A stretch of 64,000 bases of DNA from Candidatus Hydrogenedentota bacterium (lineage in GTDB: Bacteria > Hydrogenedentota > Hydrogenedentia > Hydrogenedentales > SLHB01): assembly GCA_045863295.1 (NCBI GenBank), contig BTWA01000002.1, positions 70,399 to 134,398 of the forward strand. The letters run 5' to 3'. Each line of letters opens with the position of its first letter. Within the stretch, counting starts at the first letter, position 1. The notes below the pieces were generated by a model. That model was not told the DNA's origin. It did no database searches and saw only the letters and a list, made by a program, of their open reading frames with translations. Of the stretch, positions 29,117 to 38,274 are shown piece after piece. Made by a program: the position numbers and the translations under genes.

Positions 29117-30736
29117 ATGGGCAAGGTGACGCAAAACGATGTGCCACAAGGGCTTGCGGATACGCATCAAGCGATGCTGAGAAAGGCGGCGGGCGTGCTG
29201 GACGATGCCGCCGCGTACGAGGCCAAGGTGCGGCGAACGGCCAAGACCACATCCACCAAGCGAAAAATGCCTTGGAACATGGCGCGAGCCAGGAACCAGT
29301 TGAAGAAACGCGAATTGAGTCCGGCCGAAACGGAGCAATGGCTGAATCTGCACCAACGAGCGGAATTTGCAAAGCAGAACCTCCACGACGAGTCCGGCCA
29401 GCCTTGGAGTTCACGGGATTACCAAAAGGATTCGCTGGAATCGACGGCGCTGCGCAAGGTGCACTGCGATGGCCGGGACGTGGGCAAGACGTCGGAAATC
29501 GAAATCATTGCCGCGTGGGCCATGGTCACCCAACCGGACAAACAGATGCTTATTGCCACGCAATGCGAGAACCATCTGTTTCCACTGATGGCGCGGCTGG
29601 CACGGCGGTTTCAAACGACGCCACAATTTGCGCCAAGCGTGGTGGAGTTGCGTCGTTCGCCTTCCTGGTACTTCCGGTTTTCAAATGGGTTTCAGTTGTG
29701 GGGCCGGATTGCGGGTCCCCATGGCGTGAACTTTCAAGGAATGCACGTCGATTGGCAAATCATCGATGAAGCGCAGGAAATGTGCGAGACCGCGTGGGGG
29801 GAATTGTATCAGGCGTTGAACGGGGGCGGACGGCGTTGGGTCTATGGGGTGCCCAATGGATTGCGCAACACGTTCTACCGGATGACGCAGGATCTGGAAA
29901 GCGAACAACACAATTGGCCGAGCTCGCTCAATCCGGAATTCACAGTGGAAAAAGACGCCGAACTGGCGCGGCTCTACGGCGGCAAGAACTCGCCGGGATA
30001 CATCCACCGCGTATTGGGAATGCACGGATCGCCCGCGCACGGCGTGTTCAATCTCGACGACTATCTCGCGTGTGTACGGGAAGACGCTGAATTTATCAAT
30101 GTGGTTCTCACGGCGGCGGACGAATTTGAAGCGCCCACGGGGATAACTTCCGGCGAATACTATCTGGGATGCGACCTCGGCTACGCGCGGGACCCCTCCG
30201 AGTTTGTGGTGTACCGGGCGGAGCCGCCCCATTTGCGCAATGTGTTGCGCGTGCATCTGGAAGGGGTGCATTACGCCAAACAGCAGCGAATCATTCAGGA
30301 ACTGGATCGCGCATACCAATTCCGCGCCATCGCGATCGACTGCGGCAACAGCGGCCGGGCCGTCGCCCACAACCTGATGGACCAGAATTCGGTGATGTGC
30401 GACAAAGTCCGCGCGATCGAGTTCGGCGGATCGTTGGACCTGCCCCCGCTGCCCGATGGCAGGCCAAGGCGCCGTCAAGCCAAACAATTCATGACCGAAC
30501 TGTTGGAGCGCTGGATGACGGAACGAGTGCTTGTGTTTCCCCGGCTGCCCGACCGCGAGACGCAGTATGCATCGCACACCTATTCACTCGGCACATTCGG
30601 ACAAATCGTCTACGACAAAGGCGACGATCACATCATCGACGCGGACCGTTGCGCGGCGTTGGCATACTTCGAAGAAATCAACATGGACCAAGGCGGCGGC
30701 GGTTTCACCAAAGGGGTGGTGGTGGAGGTGTTTTGA
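29117..30736 (+). CDS. Phage terminase large subunit-like protein (ATPase + RNase H-like nuclease), orphan
   Basis: YQ adenine-binding motif, Walker A GRDVGKTS, Walker B WQIIDEAQ, coupling-like YGVPNG, nuclease LGCDLG / AIDCG / DDHIIDA; start 29117 or 29075. Confidence 0.85.
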   Translation: MGKVTQNDVPQGLADTHQAMLRKAAGVLDDAAAYEAKVRRTAKTTSTKRKMPWNMARARNQLKKRELSPAETEQWLNLHQRAEFAKQNLHDESGQPWSSRDYQKDSLESTALRKVHCDGRDVGKTSEIEIIAAWAMVTQPDKQMLIATQCENHLFPLMARLARRFQTTPQFAPSVVELRRSPSWYFRFSNGFQLWGRIAGPHGVNFQGMHVDWQIIDEAQEMCETAWGELYQALNGGGRRWVYGVPNGLRNTFYRMTQDLESEQHNWPSSLNPEFTVEKDAELARLYGGKNSPGYIHRVLGMHGSPAHGVFNLDDYLACVREDAEFINVVLTAADEFEAPTGITSGEYYLGCDLGYARDPSEFVVYRAEPPHLRNVLRVHLEGVHYAKQQRIIQELDRAYQFRAIAIDCGNSGRAVAHNLMDQNSVMCDKVRAIEFGGSLDLPPLPDGRPRRRQAKQFMTELLERWMTERVLVFPRLPDRETQYASHTYSLGTFGQIVYDKGDDHIIDADRCAALAYFEEINMDQGGGGFTKGVVVEVF

Positions 30737-30935
30737 GGAAAGCAATCATCTCGCGAAAACCCGCTGAGAAGACTCCTTTGTGCCTTTGAGGTTCGGCGCG
30801 AGTAGCACCGATGACTCTGAAGTTGTATGTCAAATCGTTTCCAACAGAGCGATACATTCGCAATAATGCAAAGCGCGTGTTTGGCGTGTAAGATGTCGGA
30901 GACGATTACTGGCGCAACCGGGCGGAACTTTCGAA

Positions 30936-32315
30936 ATGGCATCCATCAAACCTCAGATACTGGTCACCGAAGACGACACTACGCAACGCGAGATCATTCG
31001 CGACATTTTGAATGCGTCGGGCTATGCCGTGGAGGCGGTGGGCTCGGCGTCGAATGCGCTGGCCGCGCTGGAGCGGGAGGCCTTCAGCGTGTTGTTGACC
31101 GATCTGCGGATGCCGGAGATGGACGGCATCGGTCTGTTATCGCGGGCGAAGCGCATCCGGCCGGAGTTGGAGGTCGTCGTGATGACGGCATATGCCACGG
31201 TGCAAACAGCCGTGACCGCGATGAAGGAGGGCGCGTCGGATTATTTGTCGAAGCCGTTCGACAAAGACGAATTGCTGGTAGTCATCGGCAAGGCGGTCGA
31301 GCGGGCCGAGTTGCGGCGCGAGAACAGGAACTTGCGCGAATTGGTGACGGCGTCCGTAGCGCTGGGCAATGTGGTCGGCGAGTCCGGGGTGATGCAAAAA
31401 GTGTTCGACGTGGTGCGGCGGGCCGTGCCGATCGGTTCGACGGTGTTGATCACCGGAGAATCAGGCACGGGCAAGGAGATGGTGGCGCGGCATATCCATT
31501 TTGAAGGGCCGCGCAAAGCGAAGCCGTTCGTCGTGGTGAATTGCGCGGCCATTCCGGACACGCTGGTGGAATCCGAGTTGTTTGGCCACGAGAAAGGCGC
31601 GTTCACGGGGGCGGATGCGGCGCGGCAAGGAAAGTTTGAATTGGCAAACGGCGGCACACTGTTTCTGGATGAAGTGGGGGACATGCCGCTGGAATCGCAA
31701 CCCAAACTGTTGCGCGTGCTTCAGGACGGAGTCGTGGAACGAATCGGCTCGTCCACACAGCGGCAAGTAGATGTGCGCGTCATCGCGGCCACGAACCGGG
31801 ACTTGAAAAAGCGCGTGGAGGCCGGGGAGTTTCGCGAAGACCTCTATTTCCGGTTGGACGTACTGCCGGTGGTGCTGCCGCCGTTACGGGAACGGCTTCA
31901 CGACTTGCCGCTGCTGGTAAATCACTTTCGAGAGAAATTGTCGAAGCGGCTCGGCAAACCGTGCCCCACGATTGGCCCGGATGCCCTGGAATTGATGCGG
32001 CGGTACCGCTGGCCGGGCAACGTGCGCGAACTGGAAAACACGCTGGAGCAGTTGTACATCCTGACCGACGCGGATGTAATCAAGCCCGAGCATCTGCCTG
32101 AAAAGTTGCGCGATCGCACGCCGGAGCCCGGTGATTTCGCGTTGCCCCCGGGAGGCATTGTGCTGGAGGATTTGGAACAGGATCTCATCCGGCAGGCGCT
32201 CGCGCGGTCGGGAGGGAGCATCAAAGACGCGGCCGAATTGCTTGGACTCACCTATAAAACACTTCAATACCGCCTGAAGAAACACGAAATCGATCGCAAA
32301 GCGGAACAGGCCTGA
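30936..32315 (+). CDS. Sigma54-dependent response regulator (NtrC/ZraR family), no adjacent kinase
   Basis: Receiver (EDD, DLRMP, KPF), GESGTGKE, GAFTGA, DEVGD, WPGNVRE, Fis-type HTH. Confidence 0.95.
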   Translation: MASIKPQILVTEDDTTQREIIRDILNASGYAVEAVGSASNALAALEREAFSVLLTDLRMPEMDGIGLLSRAKRIRPELEVVVMTAYATVQTAVTAMKEGASDYLSKPFDKDELLVVIGKAVERAELRRENRNLRELVTASVALGNVVGESGVMQKVFDVVRRAVPIGSTVLITGESGTGKEMVARHIHFEGPRKAKPFVVVNCAAIPDTLVESELFGHEKGAFTGADAARQGKFELANGGTLFLDEVGDMPLESQPKLLRVLQDGVVERIGSSTQRQVDVRVIAATNRDLKKRVEAGEFREDLYFRLDVLPVVLPPLRERLHDLPLLVNHFREKLSKRLGKPCPTIGPDALELMRRYRWPGNVRELENTLEQLYILTDADVIKPEHLPEKLRDRTPEPGDFALPPGGIVLEDLEQDLIRQALARSGGSIKDAAELLGLTYKTLQYRLKKHEIDRKAEQA

Positions 32316-32316
32316 G

Positions 32317-33522
32317 CTATTCCGCCTTCACTTTCACAAAATAAACCTTGCTCGGGCTGGCGCCGGAGTCCGTAAAGGATCCGATGATGTAACCGTCGGC
32401 CGTGAGGCGGCGGAAGCCGGAGAGCGCGTATACGTTGTATGCGGTCCCGCTCTGGGCGTAATCATGCCACGTCGCGCCGTTATCTCTACTGATCAGGCAT
32501 ACAATGATTCCTTGAAACGCGCCGAGGGCATAGAGCGGCGTTTCGGCCGTCAAGTCACGGGTGGTGAAGAATCCATCGAGCGATTGGATCTCGAGTTGAT
32601 CGCCCTTGAATTCCGGATTTGTGTCGATCTCGCGGTTCCCAGTGGCAATATCGTACCGAATGTAATGCTCTCTGCGCGGTTCGGTTTGCGCCATGTAGAA
32701 GAAGTGCGCCTTCCCGCCCTTGGCCATGAAACCGGACAACCACGTGTGCGCGTCATTCTCATCCCGCGATGAAATCAACGTGGCAGGACCGTGCTGATCG
32801 GCAAGCACAGGCGGGGCAATTGCAGCGCCTTGCATCGTTTGCCACGTGGCCCCGCCATCGGGGGACTGTATATGCAGGATGTCCCAATAGAGGTACCGAT
32901 CTTTCTTTTGGGTCGTCCAGGGCGCATGCAGAGTGCCTTCGGCGTCCAGCGCCAGGTGTGGATACTGAATGTACGCATCCGGGCCTTCCTGGGTGAGGTT
33001 GATCGACGAGCGGACAACGCCATCCAGGCCGACAACGCTGAATGTGTTGTTGTGCGCGAAGAAATAGAGCACACCGCGCGCTTCATCGATAGCCATTGCG
33101 TATTTACCGGCCGCGGCACCGGGCACCACGGAGACCTCGGGATCGGCGAAGTTCCTGTCAGCAAAAAAGCGATAGAGATAGGCGTTGCCGTCGACGTAAT
33201 CGGCACGCATCAAGTAGACATTGCCGGCTACATCGGTTTCGATGACCGGCGGGTTGGTTCCATGCGTGGCTTCATACACCGTGGAAAACGTCTCGCCGCC
33301 GTCAGTGCTTCGCGACAGCCGCCACTGTTGGGCGGTATAGGCCTCATTGCGCGATCGAATGTGGGTCATGAATATGCCGTGCGTGTTCGCAAGCACTTTT
33401 TGGTTGTGGCTTTGAAATGTGGCGTAACCAATGGCTTCGCCATCGACGAGGGTTACCTGGATCTCCAGGGGAGCGGCGAAAACGGTCTGCGCCGCCAAGA
33501 ACATCAGCACTGCCGCGCGCAT
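32317..33522 (-). CDS. Secreted BNR/Asp-box-repeat (sialidase-like) protein
   Basis: Signal peptide MRAAVLMFLAAQ; Asp boxes STDGGETF, SPDGGATW, SRDNGATW. Confidence 0.7.
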   Translation of the reverse strand: MRAAVLMFLAAQTVFAAPLEIQVTLVDGEAIGYATFQSHNQKVLANTHGIFMTHIRSRNEAYTAQQWRLSRSTDGGETFSTVYEATHGTNPPVIETDVAGNVYLMRADYVDGNAYLYRFFADRNFADPEVSVVPGAAAGKYAMAIDEARGVLYFFAHNNTFSVVGLDGVVRSSINLTQEGPDAYIQYPHLALDAEGTLHAPWTTQKKDRYLYWDILHIQSPDGGATWQTMQGAAIAPPVLADQHGPATLISSRDENDAHTWLSGFMAKGGKAHFFYMAQTEPRREHYIRYDIATGNREIDTNPEFKGDQLEIQSLDGFFTTRDLTAETPLYALGAFQGIIVCLISRDNGATWHDYAQSGTAYNVYALSGFRRLTADGYIIGSFTDSGASPSKVYFVKVKAE

Positions 33523-33527
33523 GGAGA

Positions 33528-35945
33528 TTACTTCTCGGGCTGGGGAAGTTTGGTGAGAAAAACCGTGTCGCCCGGACGCATGATCAAAAGGGTATCGTCT
33601 TTCGACACGGTAATGCTCTGTTCCCTGGGATTGAACTCCGCAATGATCCATCCGTCGTACAACTCGCTCAACACGGGCAGCGGCTCCTTGCGCGACCTTC
33701 CGCCCGGGACGGAAATGCTGACAATGAATCGCGGATCTTTTTGCGGCGCGTTCAGCACGCCCTGGAATTCCACTTGCGCGGCCTGTAACTCGAGCAACGC
33801 ACGTGGAATGCCGGTTGACCCTGTTGCCGTGCCGCCCGGCGATGCCGGTTGCGGCGGTGTCTCAGTTGGAGCTGCCGCAGCCGGGGGGGCAGTAGGCGTG
33901 GGGGCTGGAACCGTTTCGACGACCGCCCCGAGCGCCTGAATTGGGTCCAAGGTGAACGGATATGCAACCATTGCATGACCGCTATCGGGTTGATTGACGA
34001 TGGCCCTGTATTCGCCGGGGTCCAGGCTGTACTCGAATTCGCGTGAATCGCCGGGAAGGACGGTAAAGGCCGGTTCGGAACCGGTTTTGGGCACAGTCAG
34101 CCACACGTCGGACCCCGCGTGCCGTTCCACGGCATACGTTACGTTGTTGAGGGCCGTACTTTGGCTGTTCACGAACAACGGGCGGCCGCCGGTATTTCGA
34201 AGAGAAACTTCCACCCGGTACCGCATCTCTTCTTCTTGGGGCACAAAGCCTACGCTCAGACTGGCGGACGGAATCCTCAGTCCACCGACATCCGTCGCGG
34301 CAACGATTAAGCAAACAGCCGCAGTGGACGCCAGCGCCGCGGGCACGAAACGGATGCGGGGAAAGGGCGCCAGCGCCGCGAACGCGGCCACCAGCCATCC
34401 AAGCATACCCGCCATGTAGGCCAGTTGATACGGCTGTGTAGGCACTGACCCGGCTTCTCGAATCCACGCGCTCACCGGATCGTGTCCATACCGCGATTCA
34501 AACCAGGCGATCCCCGTTATGAGCATGACCGCGAGCCAAAGCATAACTTCGACCAGCCCGCGCCGTTCTCTAGGGCGCACGAAGGAAACAGGCAGTAAAG
34601 CCGCAGCCGTGATCAAAAGGCCGATAAACCACAGATGCGCGTAAGCGGTTTCATCGGAAAACGAACTCCACACCGAGGCCAACGACATGCCGCCCGGCCC
34701 CGGAATGAAAACCGACGAGGCAAGCACAACCGCTGACGCGCGGAGAAGCCAACGGTCCACGGGATCGGTGGTATCGAGCCCCACGCGGGCGAGCCGTTCA
34801 ATAAATGTGCCTCGGGGATGAGGTACTTCGGCCGCCGACTTCGCCGCCAGGGCGCGAGACACCAGGGATCGGGCCTTAGCAAGATCGGACTTCAAACGGG
34901 TCAAGTCCCGTTCGCCTTCGTCAAACTGTTCCCGGGTGATTTGCGCGGCCTGAATCTTGCCGCGCAAATGATCGAGTTGCGCATCCACGGCTTTCAGATC
35001 CTGAGCCAGATCGGCCTTGTATTCTTCCAGGCGCGCGCGCCGGTACTGAGCCTCGGCGTTGTACCGGGCCTTGATGGCCTGCAGGGCTTCGGCCGGCGAT
35101 CCGGCATGACCATTCGAAGCCGGCCCGGGGTTGCGGAGTTCCTGCTTGGCCTCCAGGGCCTCCCGGAGACCGTCCACGTGCCAATCGAGTATGGTGTGGA
35201 TCTTGTCCACGTCCAGCGTCATGGGAATGCGGAATGGACCTGCGGGGATGGCATCCAACGGAACTTCAATGAGCCCACCTGCCAGGTACGGGTCATCCAC
35301 CGATAGCCAGCCGCGAAGGTTTTCCTGCAATCGTTCGAGCAGATCGCGGCGGCGGCGCTGCCGCTCGATTTGTTCGCGATACGGTTTCAACTCGATTTCG
35401 CCCACGCGCACGGCCAGGGCCAATTCCGAAATCTTTTCCTGGGTGGAGGTCAACTCGATGGCCGTTTCCATCAGCCGCTGCCGCAATTCCTCTTCCAGGT
35501 CTTCGAGCGCCGCCCGGACCTTAACGTGGTTCCGGCGCAGACTGTCGTGTTCATCCTTCGAAAGTCTATCGCTGTCTCTGATGGCGGCGCTAATCCGGTA
35601 GTGGAGGCTGCACAACACTTTCAAGGGCTCGAGATCGTCCAACGGAACGGACAACTTCACCGCGCCGTCTTCCGCCATGAGCGAATCCCGGTTCTCGTCG
35701 TCGAACGGCTCCGGCTCGGGATCGGGTTCGGGAACAGCCGGGGCTTTGGACTTGCGCAAATATTCCGGGTGGTCCTTCAGATGTACAACATCGGTGTCAG
35801 GCGGCAGATCGTCGGGGTGCGGTATAAGGATCTTTTGCCGGCAGGCAACACACTTCCCAGGCTTGCCGTACATGCCGGGAGAGACTTTCATTTTTTGGCC
35901 GCAGATGCAATAGATGCGCAACCGCTTGGCCTCGCTCTTGGGCAT
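33528..35945 (-). CDS. Hypothetical membrane protein with N-terminal zinc ribbon and coiled coils
   Basis: CICG...CVAC, long coiled-coil region, about 5 TM helices, Ig-like/Pro-rich C-terminus; RBS GAGGG before ATG 35945. Confidence 0.7.
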   Translation of the reverse strand: MPKSEAKRLRIYCICGQKMKVSPGMYGKPGKCVACRQKILIPHPDDLPPDTDVVHLKDHPEYLRKSKAPAVPEPDPEPEPFDDENRDSLMAEDGAVKLSVPLDDLEPLKVLCSLHYRISAAIRDSDRLSKDEHDSLRRNHVKVRAALEDLEEELRQRLMETAIELTSTQEKISELALAVRVGEIELKPYREQIERQRRRRDLLERLQENLRGWLSVDDPYLAGGLIEVPLDAIPAGPFRIPMTLDVDKIHTILDWHVDGLREALEAKQELRNPGPASNGHAGSPAEALQAIKARYNAEAQYRRARLEEYKADLAQDLKAVDAQLDHLRGKIQAAQITREQFDEGERDLTRLKSDLAKARSLVSRALAAKSAAEVPHPRGTFIERLARVGLDTTDPVDRWLLRASAVVLASSVFIPGPGGMSLASVWSSFSDETAYAHLWFIGLLITAAALLPVSFVRPRERRGLVEVMLWLAVMLITGIAWFESRYGHDPVSAWIREAGSVPTQPYQLAYMAGMLGWLVAAFAALAPFPRIRFVPAALASTAAVCLIVAATDVGGLRIPSASLSVGFVPQEEEMRYRVEVSLRNTGGRPLFVNSQSTALNNVTYAVERHAGSDVWLTVPKTGSEPAFTVLPGDSREFEYSLDPGEYRAIVNQPDSGHAMVAYPFTLDPIQALGAVVETVPAPTPTAPPAAAAPTETPPQPASPGGTATGSTGIPRALLELQAAQVEFQGVLNAPQKDPRFIVSISVPGGRSRKEPLPVLSELYDGWIIAEFNPREQSITVSKDDTLLIMRPGDTVFLTKLPQPEK

Positions 35946-36347
35946 TCCACCCTCCCCACACAACGACGTTGGCGCTTCTCGACCGACTTCATTCTGCCGG
36001 CCCCCGAATTCTGCCCGGCAGATAGCTGCTTCAACCCGACACACGACCGCCCGTGCATCCTTTCGGAACCCAAGGGAAACGCTGCACTGAGCCGGAAAGA
36101 GCGTGCCCCAACGATCTCGAAAAGTCAAACGGCATAACGCTTTAGCGGATTGAATTCATTCCATGAGTCAACCGGCCGTGTGGCCGCACAGCCATTTGGA
36201 TAGCCCAATTTCTGTCAGTCCCGGCCGGATTTCTGTCACTCTGTCAATTTTTCGTCACGTGTCGCCGCCGGGCTCTTCAAACAGGCCAAAAGCATAAATG
36301 ATTGCTATAAAACGGGTTACGAATTCACGCCGTGACTGAATCCCGGT

Positions 36348-36363
36348 TGGCACGGCCGTTGCT
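36348..36363 (+). promoter_or_regulatory. Sigma54 (-24/-12) promoter TGGCACGGCCGTTGCT
   Basis: Exact match to the TGGCAC-N5-TTGC consensus; phased TGTCA repeats at 36208-36257 upstream. Confidence 0.8.
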
Positions 36364-36373
36364 CTATTCGAGT

Positions 36374-36447
36374 TGCTCGCTCAGCCACATAAGCACGGTC
36401 CCGGCAGCGGCCCTTGGCGATGTTCGCCAAGGGCCGCTGTCATTTTG
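36374..36447 (+). ncRNA. Putative sigma54-dependent small RNA / terminated leader (~70 nt)
   Basis: Lies between the sigma54 promoter and a perfect 16-bp hairpin (36405-36439) followed by TCATTTT. Confidence 0.45.
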
Positions 36448-36597
36448 CCCGGCGATCGCGTTCTCACTGGTTCGTTGATTGAATACAACCGGGGGGCACG
36501 ATACCATTACGCCATCTTCAAAGCCGCGCGCAGAACACTCTATTCACGCGGCGGCTTTCCTAACATCCACGACAGCGATTGAAAGGATTTCACACTC

Positions 36598-38130
36598 ATG
36601 GCGGTGATCGCGGCAAAGGGCCCGTCGGCGCTGGCGGACTACCTCTCAAAGACCGATCCGGAACGCATCGACATAAGTCTAGTGGCGTATCTCGCCAACT
36701 TGACGGCAGTGGCTTCGGTCGCTCCGGAGGTGGCTCGGGGAATCGTGCAAGAGTTGGCGGATCAGCGTTCCTACCTGAAGCTCATCGCGAGTGAAAACTA
36801 TTGTTCGCTGGCCACCCAATTGGCCATGGGCAATCTGTTGACCGACAAGTATGCCGAGGGCTACCCGGGCACGCGATTCTATGAAGGCTGCGACAATGTC
36901 GATACGATTGAGGCCTATGCCTGCGCGCAGGCGTGCAAGCTCTTTGGGTGCGACCACGCATTCGTGCAACCGCACAGCGGCGCAGACGCAAACATGGTCG
37001 CCTTTTGGGGGATCCTGCAGGCGCGGGTGACCGTGCCCGCGCTGGAGGAACTCGGCGTCAAGGACCCGATGGCCCTATCGCACGCGGACTGGGAAACGAT
37101 TCGCGTTAAGCTGGGCAATCAGCGTCTGCTCGGGTTGAATCTGGCCGCGGGCGGACACCTGACTCACGGGTACCGGCACAACGTGTCGGGCAAAATGTTT
37201 GAAGCCCATGCCTACGGGGTGGACCCGAAAACGCACTTGCTGGATTACGACGCGATAGAGAAGCAGGCTATTGACGTAAAGCCGCTCATTCTGTTGGCCG
37301 GCTACAGCGCGTATCCGCGCGCGATCAATTTCAAGCGCATGCGCGCCATTGCCGACAAGGTGGGCGCCGTGTTGATGGTGGATATGGCCCACTTCGCCGG
37401 TTTGGTTGCAGGCGGCGTGTTTACCGGCGACTTTAGTCCATTTCCCCATGCCCATGTGGTGACGTCTACCACGCACAAGACGTTGCGCGGCCCGCGCGGT
37501 GGCATAGTGCTCTCCACGGCGGAATTTGGGGAGTACATGGACAAGGGCTGTCCGATGGTGTTGGGCGGTCCGCTGCCCCACGTGATGGCCGCCAAGGGTG
37601 TGGCGTTTACGGAAGCCAATCAATCGGCGTTCAAAACCTACGCAAAACAGATCGTAAAGAATTCGCAGGCGCTGGCGCAGGCGTGCATCGACGAAGGCAT
37701 GTCGGTGGTGTCCGGCGGCACGGACAACCATCTGATGTTGATAGATGTGACCTCGTTCGGCATCACGGGCCGTCAGGCGGCGGGTGCGCTCCGCGAGTGC
37801 AGCATCACGCTGAATAAGAACGCCATTCCGTTCGATCCAAACTCTCCCATGATCACCAGCGGTTTGCGCCTGGGCACACCCGCGTTGACGACACTGGGCA
37901 TGGGGCCGGAAGAAATGAAGGCCATCGCGGGCATTATCAAACTGGTGTTGTCTCATACGTCGCCGGATGTCCTGACCACGGGCAAGAACGCGGGCCAACC
38001 CAGCAAGATCCAGTACACGGTGAAATCGTCCGCGTTGGACGAAGGCCGCGCGCGGGTGAAGGCGCTGCTGGATCGATTCCCGGTCTATCCGGAATTGGAT
38101 CTGGCGTTCCTGCAAGCCCATTTCGGTTGA
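36598..38130 (+). CDS. glyA: Serine hydroxymethyltransferase (long form)
   Basis: LIASEN, DKYAEGYPG.RFYEGC, GGHLTHG, DMAHFAGL, STTHKTLRGPRGG. Confidence 0.96.
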   Translation: MAVIAAKGPSALADYLSKTDPERIDISLVAYLANLTAVASVAPEVARGIVQELADQRSYLKLIASENYCSLATQLAMGNLLTDKYAEGYPGTRFYEGCDNVDTIEAYACAQACKLFGCDHAFVQPHSGADANMVAFWGILQARVTVPALEELGVKDPMALSHADWETIRVKLGNQRLLGLNLAAGGHLTHGYRHNVSGKMFEAHAYGVDPKTHLLDYDAIEKQAIDVKPLILLAGYSAYPRAINFKRMRAIADKVGAVLMVDMAHFAGLVAGGVFTGDFSPFPHAHVVTSTTHKTLRGPRGGIVLSTAEFGEYMDKGCPMVLGGPLPHVMAAKGVAFTEANQSAFKTYAKQIVKNSQALAQACIDEGMSVVSGGTDNHLMLIDVTSFGITGRQAAGALRECSITLNKNAIPFDPNSPMITSGLRLGTPALTTLGMGPEEMKAIAGIIKLVLSHTSPDVLTTGKNAGQPSKIQYTVKSSALDEGRARVKALLDRFPVYPELDLAFLQAHFG

Positions 38131-38133
38131 GCA

Positions 38134-38241
38134 GTAGAAGCGGCATCCTGCCGCTTCCGGTGGCCAGTTCCGTTTCTAAACGAGCGTGGATATCGTTAAC
38201 TATCCGCGCCGAAGAGCGGCGCCGAAAGGTGCCGCGTCTAC
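38134..38241. repeat. GTAG-type REP doublet
   Basis: GTA-GAAGCGGCA-tcc-TGCCGCTTC (GTAG overlapping the hairpin) at the left end; GCGGCGCC-gaaa-GGTGCCGC-GT-CTAC at the right end. Confidence 0.55.
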
Positions 38242-38274
38242 TTCCGCGCCTCAAAGTAGTGATATCATCGTTTC

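Noticed and set aside
28600..30900. Prophage around the terminase
   Set aside because: No integrase, portal, capsid, tail or att repeats are recognisable; the flanks are housekeeping genes.
36329..36360. Possible ZMP/ZTP (pfl) riboswitch before glyA (GCCGTGACTG...CACGGC)
   Set aside because: Lacks GACTGGCG and the downstream CGCCTGGG pseudoknot partner; better explained by the sigma54 box.
36373..36582. 69-aa TTG-start ORF after the sigma54 promoter
   Set aside because: No RBS, runs through the hairpin, no protein-like features.
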